Positions 1 through 8,582 of a stretch of DNA of 64,000 nucleotides are shown piece by piece (the first letter of the stretch is position 1; every line of letters starts with the position of its first letter). A model generated the notes under the pieces. That model was given only the letters and a program-made list of their open reading frames with translations. It ran no database searches and was not told the origin of the DNA. Both the position numbers and the translations under genes were made by a program. Origin of the DNA: Candidatus Nomurabacteria bacterium RIFCSPLOWO2_01_FULL_41_18. Its GTDB lineage: Bacteria > Patescibacteriota > Minisyncoccia > Phycocordibacterales > UBA9973. The DNA lies in the NCBI GenBank assembly GCA_001785865.1, contig MFUZ01000006.1, forward strand, positions 111,307-175,306, read 5' to 3'.

Positions 1-1731
1 AAGCTCAAGAATATCGTTCTGGAAGCCTGTATAGCCGTCCACATGGGTTGTCCAACTATCTGTGGTTGAATATTCTGCATCAGCTGGATTTGCTCCATTT
101 TGATTGAGCCAAGTACCGACTGCTTCAGCTATATAAGAAATTCCAGTAATAAGAGGATTTGAATTTACACCTCCTGATACGTTTGAAGGAACGCTTAGAT
201 CATTTTGCACTGCGTCTCCTTTTAGCATCAGGGTCCATCCAGAAAGAGGTTGCTGTTCATCATCTACTTTACACATTGTTACAGTTGAAGTTTGTGGTTC
301 CTCATTTTGAGGAGTTTCTTTTAGAACATTGAATCCGACGCAGTGATAAGTTTCTCCTTCGACAGTATCAATAAATTCCCAGTTGTCGTAATTCAATACG
401 TCACTGCCACAATAAAATTCTGCAGAGACATCTTGAGTTGTATTTTGTCCGGTAAATGGGATGTAATTATCGCTCGGTATCTCACGGAACCAAATTTTTT
501 CTCCGGCAGGAATTTCTTCAGTCTCACCAGAAGAAAAAGTCGTCCAGTCTCCGGAATCGGCATCAGAGTTGCCATCTCCAGGGTTACCTACTCCGTCCTC
601 TGACCATTGGAAATCCCATTCTACTAAATGACAAGTAGGATGAGCTGCAACATATCTATCTGCAGTATTTGATGTAACTTCTTGTAGCGTAGAGTCCCCT
701 GCTCCCCAATTTGGAAGATCTGTTTCGCTGTCGCAAACAATCTTTTTAGCTGAAATTGAGGATTTTTCTGGTCCAGGTTCATTATTACCATCGAACGTAT
801 TTGTCATGGTGCATTTCTTGACCGAACCTGGGGTGAGATCAATCCTATTACCACTATCAAAGTAAGAAAGACCCGAGATAGCCTCGCATTCCCACTCAGC
901 GTCGGCTGTATATCCCGCAGGGCCGCCAATTTCAGATAGAAGATATTTTCCTGCTTTTACGGTCTCCGTAAATCCTCCAGCTCCTTGGTAGACTATCGAA
1001 CTATCATTTTCATAGGTTGCCTTAAGTGTCCATTCGGTAGGATCTGCTTCACCTACCACTTCTTTAACTAAAGTTAGTGTTGCTGTGTCTCCTGTTGGTT
1101 CTGCATTTACTGTAATTTGCACGGTGTCTTGAGCACTGGTTGCTTCTTCGTCGTCAGTGACCACAAGTCCAAATACATAAACCCCTACCTCTAAGGAAGA
1201 TATGCCAGGGCTGGTTGTATTTGTCGGATCAATATTAGTAGGACCTGAAATAAAAGTCCAATTATAATTTGTTATGTAACCGTCTGAGTCGGTACTGCCT
1301 GATCCGACGAGAGTCGTGAAGTCAGTCGGAAGAGTTATTGTCTCATCATCACCAGCATCTGCCACTGGAGGGATATTTTCTTGAGTAATTCCTCCATCAC
1401 AATCTCCGTTTGCCCAGATTTCTTCATTTTCAGGAGTCCAGTTTCTTCCAGAAGAAGATTGTAAAACATTTTCATTATCAAGATAGTGAAATGGTGGAAT
1501 TATGTCATCTTCATGTTGTGCGCCATGACCATTTAAATCGCCAGTTGATGAGACATTTGGAGATATGCTTTCGTAACTCCCATTTCCTTTAGAGTGGCAA
1601 ATTTCTACACTAGTTTGAGCAGTTCCACCAAATGGATCATGATTTGCCAAAGCAACTGACGGACCGACTGTACTAAACAACATTGCAAATATCACAAGAC
1701 TTGAAGCGAACTTAGATAAAATATTTTTCAT
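1..1731 (-). CDS. Secreted protein with signal peptide and PKD-like repeat. Only the N-terminal 577 aa lie in the window; the ORF runs off the window start.
   Basis: Reverse-strand ATG at 1729-1731 gives MKNILSKFASSLVIFAMLFSTVGPSVALA..., a signal peptide. Read by eye, the frame is open to position 1. A segment 'ITNYNWTFISGPTNIDP...GVYVFGLVVTDDEEATSAQDTVQITV' is PKD-like. The ORF is absent from the track because it has no stop inside the window. Confidence 0.5.
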   Translation of the reverse strand, partial: MKNILSKFASSLVIFAMLFSTVGPSVALANHDPFGGTAQTSVEICHSKGNGSYESISPNVSSTGDLNGHGAQHEDDIIPPFHYLDNENVLQSSSGRNWTPENEEIWANGDCDGGITQENIPPVADAGDDETITLPTDFTTLVGSGSTDSDGYITNYNWTFISGPTNIDPTNTTSPGISSLEVGVYVFGLVVTDDEEATSAQDTVQITVNAEPTGDTATLTLVKEVVGEADPTEWTLKATYENDSSIVYQGAGGFTETVKAGKYLLSEIGGPAGYTADAEWECEAISGLSYFDSGNRIDLTPGSVKKCTMTNTFDGNNEPGPEKSSISAKKIVCDSETDLPNWGAGDSTLQEVTSNTADRYVAAHPTCHLVEWDFQWSEDGVGNPGDGNSDADSGDWTTFSSGETEEIPAGEKIWFREIPSDNYIPFTGQNTTQDVSAEFYCGSDVLNYDNWEFIDTVEGETYHCVGFNVLKETPQNEEPQTSTVTMCKVDDEQQPLSGWTLMLKGDAVQNDLSVPSNVSGGVNSNPLITGISYIAEAVGTWLNQNGANPADAEYSTTDSWTTHVDGYTGFQNDILEL

Positions 1732-2038
1732 AAAAATTATAATTTACTTCTTTTAATAATCAGATTGTTGACCTTTTTAGACTTTTAATGAAAACAAACT
1801 TTCAAAACTAATAATAAAATAACATACCTAAAGAATCAACACAAATTTACTTACGCAACCACCCTACCATAATACATAAAGAATGTCAATATGGTTGTGC
1901 ATAAAATGTGGATACAGAGTTTACGCAAAAAAAAGAAATTTCTGTATATATATGACGTAGTAAATTACGAATTATTACACGATGCAAAAATTTACAGTTC
2001 AGCCGGGTTGACCTTGGAAACAACAAAAAATCCGTCAT

Positions 2039-2067
2039 TTGCAATTTACTTTTTTTACCATTATAAT
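2039..2067 (+). promoter_or_regulatory. Candidate sigma70-type promoter for pilB: TTGCAA, 17-nt spacer, TATAAT.
   Basis: ttgcaa at 2039-2044 and tataat at 2062-2067 with a 17-nt spacer, about 60 nt upstream of the pilB ATG at 2129. Confidence 0.35.
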
Positions 2068-2128
2068 GTGAAATTACATTTAATAATTATTCAAAAATAT
2101 TTCTAGATAAAATAATTTTGCTTCGTAT

Positions 2129-3382
2129 ATGACAACAGCAGAAAAAAAATTAGATAAAGTCGAACAAGAACTTGCCCGTCCCGACATCTCGATCATCAAT
2201 CTTTTTGACCAGCTCATCGAAAAAGCTTACGAAGCGCGGGCATCCGATATCCACGTCGATCCCCTGGTAAATTCCGTACGCATCCGCTTTCGAATCGACG
2301 GCGTGCTCACCGAAGCATATTCATTTCCGAAATCTATAAACAATGAGATAATTTCCCGCGTTAAAATATTGTCCCGACTGCGCACCGACGAGCATCAGGC
2401 CACCCAAGACGGCAGATTCCGCTATATTCTTCCCGAGAACGAGAGGAATCAGAATGGAGAAAAAAATAAATTTATAGATTTTCGCGTATCGATCATGCCT
2501 ACCTACCACGGAGAAAATGCTGTGCTTCGCCTTTTGACGGACAAGAACGAGCAATCCTCTCTGGAAGATCTCGGTTTCAGTGAAATTGATAAGAAAAAAA
2601 TAGAGACGGCGATGAAAAAGACTAACGGCATGATCCTTTCGACTGGGCCGACTGGTAGCGGCAAGACCACTACCATGTACACTCTCATCAAGATGTTGAA
2701 ATCTCCGGAAGTTTCGATAATAACCATCGAGGACCCGATCGAATACGCCGTCGAAGACATAGAGCAGATACAGGTCAATGCCCGAGCCGGTCTTACCTTT
2801 GCAAACGGCCTCCGCTCCATTCTCCGCCAGGACCCGAATATCATCATGGTGGGCGAGATCCGTGATACCGAGACGGCGAGCATAGCCGTGAATACAGCGC
2901 TGACTGGACACCTCCTTCTCTCTACCTTGCATACAAACGATGCTGCGACTACCCTGCCTCGCCTTCTAGATATGGGCATCGAGGAATACCTCGTCGCTTC
3001 CACTGTCTCTCTCGCGATCGGACAGCGTCTGGTGAGAAAAATTTGCAGCCACTGCAAGGAAGAAGTGCAGATGACGCATGCGATGAAAGAAGCCCTCGCG
3101 CAGACTTCGTATACGGCGCTCCTCCTCAATGTCGACGTAGTCTACAAAGGAAAGGGCTGTGAAAAATGCAATAATAGTGGATATCGAGGGAGGATCTGTA
3201 TCAACGAAGTTCTAGTGGCGGACAATGAGATACGTGAAGCCATATTGCGCAGAGCTTCCGCCAATGAAATAAAGAAAATAGCCGTCAAAAACGGGATGAC
3301 TACGATGTTCGAAGATGGCTTTCAAAAAGTGAAGGACGGGTTCACAACTGTCGAAGAGGTATTAAGAGTTATTCATGAATAA
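2129..3382 (+). CDS. pilB: Type IV pilus assembly ATPase PilB/GspE family. Short form that lacks the N1 domain.
   Basis: Walker A motif GPTGSGKTTT. Asp/His boxes are present. A tetracysteine motif (CSHCK...CEKCNNSGYRGR) is typical of PilB/GspE rather than PilT. The N-terminus starts at the 'ASDIHV' N2 region. Confidence 0.85.
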   Translation: MTTAEKKLDKVEQELARPDISIINLFDQLIEKAYEARASDIHVDPLVNSVRIRFRIDGVLTEAYSFPKSINNEIISRVKILSRLRTDEHQATQDGRFRYILPENERNQNGEKNKFIDFRVSIMPTYHGENAVLRLLTDKNEQSSLEDLGFSEIDKKKIETAMKKTNGMILSTGPTGSGKTTTMYTLIKMLKSPEVSIITIEDPIEYAVEDIEQIQVNARAGLTFANGLRSILRQDPNIIMVGEIRDTETASIAVNTALTGHLLLSTLHTNDAATTLPRLLDMGIEEYLVASTVSLAIGQRLVRKICSHCKEEVQMTHAMKEALAQTSYTALLLNVDVVYKGKGCEKCNNSGYRGRICINEVLVADNEIREAILRRASANEIKKIAVKNGMTTMFEDGFQKVKDGFTTVEEVLRVIHE

Positions 3383-4907
3383 AAAAATGGCTACAAAAAC
3401 AACGACAATCAAAAAAACTAGAAAGATGTCGGATGTGACCATGCGTCCGCGGAAAAAGAAAACTCCGGAAGTTGCGGAAGTGGAAATAGTAGTAGAACAA
3501 GAAATCACCACCCCGGCTGCTGCCACTCCTCCTCCACAAGGAGGGGAAGAAAAATTGATAAAATTTGAAACCGAAGTTGTAAATCCGGAAACTCCATTAG
3601 AGCCGACGTTCATCAAAGGTGACGAACTGCCTCAAACGGGCCAAGTCGAAGAAATAAAGAAAGAAACAGCGCCAAGCAATAAATTTATAAATAATATCAA
3701 AAGCTTTTCATTTTCCATGCCTGCGCTTCCCTCAATGCCATCCTTTAAGGTCAAGAAATTTTTCACAAATAAAGAGGAGATAGAAAAAATTGCGCCAAAA
3801 GATACAAAAGCGAGACCGGGTAATAGTTTTTTTACTAGCTTAAAGAGCCTTAATTTCACGCGTCTGTCCATAAAGGATCAGACCTTTTTTGTCAAAAGGC
3901 TGTCTTTTCTCATCAAAGCCGGCATACCGATGGGAGAAAGTCTGGTCATGATCCGCACCCAGACCAAGAAACGGGGTTATGCTTCCATCCTTGACTCCGT
4001 AATCTCGAATGTGATGAACGGACAGAGACTCTCCTCGAGCCTCGCCCGTTTCAAGCACATCTTTGGGGATTTCACGATCAATATTATCGAGTTCGGAGAG
4101 GAGTCCGGCATACTTTCTCAAAATTTGGAGTACATAGCCGACGAATTAAAAAAAAGACAGGCTTTGCGCAAGAAAATAATTAGCGCATCTATATATCCGA
4201 TCATAGTCACGATCGCAACCATCGGCATTGTGATATTTCTAATGGTATTTCTTTTCCCGAAAATCATGCCGATATTTACGAGCCTCAAGTATGACCTTCC
4301 GCTCACTACCAGGATGGTCATAGCAATCAGTAATTTCTTCAGCCAATGGGGCCTTCTCACTTTCGGCATTCTTTTTATTCTTGGCGTAGCCTTCATCATC
4401 ACTCTCAAGAAAAGCCCGACTGTTCACTTCTATTTCGACAAGTTCCTTCTCAAATTGCCGGTAATCGGGAAGATCATACGAGACTATAATATGGCAAACT
4501 TCACCCGCACCATGGGCCTCCTGCTGCGAGGTGGCATCTCGATGAGTGAGGCCTTGCCTATCTCGGCGAAGACTACTCCGAATCTTGTCTATAAAAAAGA
4601 ATTTAAGGCACTCGGGGCTGTGGTCTCTCGTGGGGCGGTAATATCCACTCACTTGAACAAGAATCGCCATCTATTCCCTGACTTGGTCTCACAGATAGTT
4701 TCTGTCGGAGAACACAGCGGAAATTTGTCCAACTCCCTCATTTATCTTTCGGAAATGTATGAAGCAGAAATAGATGACTTCACAAAGAATTTATCCAGCA
4801 TGGTAGAGCCAGTCTTAATGATAATCATGGGTATCCTCGTGGGCTTTATAGCCATTTCCATCATCACGCCTATATACGGCATTACTCAGCACCTAAATGT
4901 AAAATAA
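3375..4907 (+). CDS. pilC: Type IV pilus inner-membrane platform protein PilC/GspF. It carries a Pro/Glu/Lys-rich N-terminal extension of about 150 aa.
   Basis: Two T2SSF-like repeats with TM segments follow a low-complexity N-terminus. There is an 8-nt overlap with pilB. Confidence 0.85.
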   Translation: MNKKMATKTTTIKKTRKMSDVTMRPRKKKTPEVAEVEIVVEQEITTPAAATPPPQGGEEKLIKFETEVVNPETPLEPTFIKGDELPQTGQVEEIKKETAPSNKFINNIKSFSFSMPALPSMPSFKVKKFFTNKEEIEKIAPKDTKARPGNSFFTSLKSLNFTRLSIKDQTFFVKRLSFLIKAGIPMGESLVMIRTQTKKRGYASILDSVISNVMNGQRLSSSLARFKHIFGDFTINIIEFGEESGILSQNLEYIADELKKRQALRKKIISASIYPIIVTIATIGIVIFLMVFLFPKIMPIFTSLKYDLPLTTRMVIAISNFFSQWGLLTFGILFILGVAFIITLKKSPTVHFYFDKFLLKLPVIGKIIRDYNMANFTRTMGLLLRGGISMSEALPISAKTTPNLVYKKEFKALGAVVSRGAVISTHLNKNRHLFPDLVSQIVSVGEHSGNLSNSLIYLSEMYEAEIDDFTKNLSSMVEPVLMIIMGILVGFIAISIITPIYGITQHLNVK

Positions 4908-4911
4908 TCAG

Positions 4912-5388
4912 ATGAGTAAACTATTTAAAACAAACCAAGGCATGACTCTCGTAGAAATAATGGTGGTGATCGGAGTGCTGATGATCATCCTCGCTTTTGG
5001 CATGACAGTAAATTTCAACTCATTCACTTCCAGTACTCTGCAGGCCGAGGAAGCGAAGATAGTCAGCGCCCTCGAACGAGCGCGCAGTCATGCGATGGCG
5101 AATATGTTTGAATCGGAATATGGAGTTTGTTATATTTCACCCAACTATGTTATTTTTCGTGAAAGCGAAGGAACTTGCAACAATTCTGAACCAACTAATG
5201 AGCTTATTCCTGCAAATACAAACTTGTCTACGTTATCAAATTTTTCTACAAACTTTGACGATTCCCACGCTATTATTTTCAATCAGCTCTCAGGTAATAG
5301 AAACACAGTAGATGATACAATTATTATTACTGACGGAATAAAGTCAGAGCCCATAGAAATAAACGATACAGGCAGAATCAATTGGTGA
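4912..5388 (+). CDS. Prepilin-type N-terminal cleavage/methylation domain protein (pseudopilin or minor pilin).
   Basis: N-terminal 'KTNQG/MTLVEIMVVIGVLMIIL' is a class III signal with Glu at +5. Confidence 0.6.
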   Translation: MSKLFKTNQGMTLVEIMVVIGVLMIILAFGMTVNFNSFTSSTLQAEEAKIVSALERARSHAMANMFESEYGVCYISPNYVIFRESEGTCNNSEPTNELIPANTNLSTLSNFSTNFDDSHAIIFNQLSGNRNTVDDTIIITDGIKSEPIEINDTGRINW

Positions 5389-5441
5389 AATTTTAATAAA
5401 TTTCACCCTGAGTTTATCGAAGGGTAATAAAAAATGAGGTT

Positions 5442-6953
5442 ATGAAAAATAAAATTAATTTTAAAAAAATGAAATCAAAAAGTGATAAAGGATTTGCGAC
5501 GATAGAGATCGTCATGGCTTTTGCGGTGCTCATTTTGTGTATCAGCGCAGTCGCTATGGTGACCTTCGGCAATCAGACACTTACGATAGATTCCGAGACC
5601 AACAATGAAGCGATTTCAAAAGCTCAAGCATTGATCGAGAAAGCAAGAGCGGATTCGAGAGAGGATTACGTTTCTGTAAATACTATTCCTTCAACTGTTG
5701 AGGATATTTATACAAAGTTTTTAGAAATAACAGATCTTACTCAATGTAATAAACAAGCTAAAAGCACAGTTTCCTGGACTACGGGATCAAGAAATCTTTC
5801 CACCACTCTCTCTACTTTTCTTAGCGACATTCCTGGAGCGCTAGCACTTGGTGGAGACTGTGATTCTGGTATTACTGCGGATTATGATAATCCTGGAGGT
5901 CTAGTAAGTGAATCTATCGGTGGACAAGGCGCTACAGCTTTGGATGCTGTAAATAACCGTCTATATGTGACTTCAAATAAATTTCCCCCCTCTCATAATA
6001 AAGATTTTTTTGTATATGATTTCAGTTTCAGTCCTCCATCGTCTAGCTCCCTTAGTTTAGTTGCTGAACTCGATTTAAATGAGGGCCTAAATGATGTAGA
6101 TGTGGCCGATAATTATGCGTATGTGGCAAGTGACTCACTTACTGGAGAATTACAGGTCATTGATCTTACTACAATGACTCAAATTCCTGGCGCAACCAGA
6201 CAATTACCAGAAACAAATACAGCTAAAGGAAGAAGAATATTTTTCTATGACAATAAAATCTATATAGGAACGGATTATCTATCATGTCCACCTCCATGTA
6301 CTCCGACACAAAACAGTGAATTTCACATTTATGATGTATCTACTCCAAGTGACCCGAATTGGGAAGGGAGTGTGAATATAAACCACAACGTAAATGATAT
6401 TTTTGTGTCAGGAGATTTTGCTTATCTAGCCACTTCTGATAATAATCACGAACTTATGGTTATAAATATTAATCCTTCTAGTCCTGATTATTTGGAACAT
6501 CCGGACGACACAGGTTTTGGTTATAATGCTTCGGGAAACAATGATGGTTCGAGCATTTATGCATTGGGGAATAAAATTTATCTTGGTAGAAAACAAAACA
6601 ATAATCCATCATCTGCTCATGATTTATTCGTGTTAAATAAGGACAGTGTTCAGGATGGGGCAAGCACGACTGACGGTCTCGTGATCTCTAGGGATCTAGG
6701 TATTTCGAATAACTCATTAGTTACTGGTATTGTTGTGCGAAGCAATTTGGCTTTTGTTGGTCTAGATAACCCAACTATCGGGGTTCTTGTTTTGAATATA
6801 AATACTTTACTGCCGTATTCTTCTTGTGCTGGATACAATTTCCCAGAGAATAGTACTGGGATAGATATGAGCGGAAATTTCATATTTACTTCAAACAGAT
6901 CAAATGATGAAATTCAAGTTATATACGATCAACCTTCAGCATGTACTCCATAA
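5442..6953 (+). CDS. Pilin-like protein: a prepilin N-terminus fused to a YVTN/LVIVD-type beta-propeller repeat domain. Putative pilus-associated adhesin.
   Basis: N-terminal 'KG/FATIEIVMAFAVLIL' with E+5. The C-terminal two-thirds contain about seven repeats of the form [N/D]xxY[VLI]xxxD...L.VI[DN] (NRLYVTSN, NYAYVASD..LQVIDL, DFAYLATSD..LMVININ, SNLAFVGLD..VLVLNIN, GNFIFTSN..IQVIY). Confidence 0.55.
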   Translation: MKNKINFKKMKSKSDKGFATIEIVMAFAVLILCISAVAMVTFGNQTLTIDSETNNEAISKAQALIEKARADSREDYVSVNTIPSTVEDIYTKFLEITDLTQCNKQAKSTVSWTTGSRNLSTTLSTFLSDIPGALALGGDCDSGITADYDNPGGLVSESIGGQGATALDAVNNRLYVTSNKFPPSHNKDFFVYDFSFSPPSSSSLSLVAELDLNEGLNDVDVADNYAYVASDSLTGELQVIDLTTMTQIPGATRQLPETNTAKGRRIFFYDNKIYIGTDYLSCPPPCTPTQNSEFHIYDVSTPSDPNWEGSVNINHNVNDIFVSGDFAYLATSDNNHELMVININPSSPDYLEHPDDTGFGYNASGNNDGSSIYALGNKIYLGRKQNNNPSSAHDLFVLNKDSVQDGASTTDGLVISRDLGISNNSLVTGIVVRSNLAFVGLDNPTIGVLVLNINTLLPYSSCAGYNFPENSTGIDMSGNFIFTSNRSNDEIQVIYDQPSACTP

Positions 6954-7276
6954 AAAACAACAAAAGTGGTTTCACACTCATTGAAGTCATTATCTACATC
7001 GCGCTTTTTTCGTTGCTTCTTGGCACTGCTTTTGTCGCAGCATATCAATTGATAGACGGTTCAGTAAGACTTGGCACAAAAAACACGATTCAGGATGAGG
7101 GTAATTTTATAATGCGCAAAATAAACTGGGCGCTTACGGGTGTTGATCCTTCCACTGTTCCAGTCATAAGCGGATCGGCATGTGAGGAAATTTTGACCAT
7201 ACAAAAAACTGAACCTTCTTATGATCCCACTATCATTAGGTTGAATGACGTAAGCGGTAAAAATACATTGAAATAG
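6941..7276 (+). CDS. Prepilin-type pseudopilin (GspJ/PilW-like), N-terminal part. A second-frame ORF at 7261-7431 appears to continue the protein, so a frameshift is possible.
   Basis: N-terminal 'KSG/FTLIEVIIYIALFSLLLG'. Downstream, a different frame encodes ...ENGGGYSPITTENISVTCLDFSPITGDPSGITATITINGKVFTTTKYIRK*, which ends in an ATGA overlap with the next gene. Confidence 0.5.
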   Translation: MYSIKNNKSGFTLIEVIIYIALFSLLLGTAFVAAYQLIDGSVRLGTKNTIQDEGNFIMRKINWALTGVDPSTVPVISGSACEEILTIQKTEPSYDPTIIRLNDVSGKNTLK

Positions 7277-7427
7277 AGGAAAATGGAGGCGGATATTCCC
7301 CTATTACCACAGAAAATATTTCTGTAACTTGCCTTGATTTTTCACCGATCACAGGAGACCCTTCAGGTATAACAGCTACTATCACCATAAATGGAAAAGT
7401 CTTTACCACCACTAAATATATCCGCAA

Positions 7428-7841
7428 ATGATCCAGCTACAACTTAAAAGCTACAACTTAAAAGCTCAAAAAGGATTCGTCGCTCTTCTTTCTGCCGTAA
7501 TTATTTCCGTAGTTTTGTTGCTAATTGCTACAAATTTGAGTTTGACCGGATTTTACGACCGCTCAAATATTTTGGATGGAGAGCTCAAGCAAGCAAGCTC
7601 TGGTTTTGCCGAAGCGTGTGTGGATACGGCCCTACTTCAGGTGGCAAGTAATTCTGGGATTACTAACGATTCTATAGATGTGGATGGTGTAAGTGGAAAT
7701 GATTGCACTTATTCTATTTCGGGAGGCGGGACCAACATCGAAGCTCAAGGTATTTATAATGGTAAATATTATACAAATCTTGAAGTTGACGTAAACTCCA
7801 CCACACTTGTGGTCAGTCGCTGGGAAGAAGTGCCCAATTAG
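7428..7841 (+). CDS. Pilin-like minor pilin candidate. Non-canonical: no Glu at +5.
   Basis: Leader MIQLQLKSYNLKAQKG/FVALLSAVIISVVLLLIA contains a hydrophobic N-terminal helix. Its position is inside the pilin gene array. Confidence 0.45.
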   Translation: MIQLQLKSYNLKAQKGFVALLSAVIISVVLLLIATNLSLTGFYDRSNILDGELKQASSGFAEACVDTALLQVASNSGITNDSIDVDGVSGNDCTYSISGGGTNIEAQGIYNGKYYTNLEVDVNSTTLVVSRWEEVPN

Positions 7842-7954
7842 GGTTTTATTTATGAACAAACTTTCCCTTTACAAATCAATGATTCTGTAGTAGATTATCA
7901 GATACATTATTAGCAATTATTATCAAGTCGAATTTAAGTAATTTTAATAAATAT

Positions 7955-8416
7955 ATGAATAAAATAAATAAAAAAGGAGGTTTTACATTGATAGAAATTT
8001 TGGTCGTTATAGCTATTATTGCTGTATTGGCGGCAATAGTGCTCGTTGCAATCAATCCTGCAAAAAGATTCCAAGATGCTCGTCAATCACAAAGACAAGC
8101 TAACGTTGAGTCCATCTTGAATGCACTTCAGCAAAGAATGGTTGATAATAAAGGGTTACTTACTGGTTGCCCTACAGTTCCTACAACAGCAACTAACATT
8201 GGTGATGCTGATTATGACCTCGCACCTTGCATAAGTGGATATCTTGCAATACTTCCAGTTGATCCAGAAGTTGGGACATGGACTGATGCAACGGACTATG
8301 ATACAGGATATACAATACAAAGTATTGGTACCACAGGACAAATAACAATTGATGCTCCTGCGGCACTTGCAGATGATACCCCATCCGCCGGTTACGCAAT
8401 TTCAGCCACTCGCTAA
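7955..8416 (+). CDS. Type IV pilin, likely the major pilin (PilA-like).
   Basis: KKGG/FTLIEILVVIAIIAVLAAIVLVAINP is a canonical prepilin leader with E+5 and a hydrophobic helix. Protein length is 153 aa. Confidence 0.7.
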   Translation: MNKINKKGGFTLIEILVVIAIIAVLAAIVLVAINPAKRFQDARQSQRQANVESILNALQQRMVDNKGLLTGCPTVPTTATNIGDADYDLAPCISGYLAILPVDPEVGTWTDATDYDTGYTIQSIGTTGQITIDAPAALADDTPSAGYAISATR

Positions 8417-8478
8417 ATAAATCCATCACCAGCTTTTAGGAAAAGTAGTGCTCGGATAAATTCTAATATTTAGTCACT

Positions 8479-8504
8479 AAAAAGTCCCCTAGGCGGGGGC
8501 TTTT
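8479..8504. terminator. Bidirectional rho-independent terminator between the convergent pilin and PBP genes.
   Basis: aaaaagtcccc-taggc-gggggctttt: a 10-bp stem (one G-U pair) flanked by an A-run and a T-run. Confidence 0.6.
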
Positions 8505-8582
8505 AGTTTGTCGTCCTATTTTTTTGAAATAACGTAATAGCCACGACCGTTGCCATAATGTTATTAGGAAAAAATAATATAG

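Noticed and set aside
2321-3129. Antisense ORFs of 203 and 208 aa inside pilB (2321-2932 and 2503-3129, minus strand).
   Set aside because: Fully embedded in a high-confidence coding gene on the opposite strand with no motifs. Similar antisense ORFs lie inside rel, purE, guaA, topA and the GH9 gene and are treated the same way.
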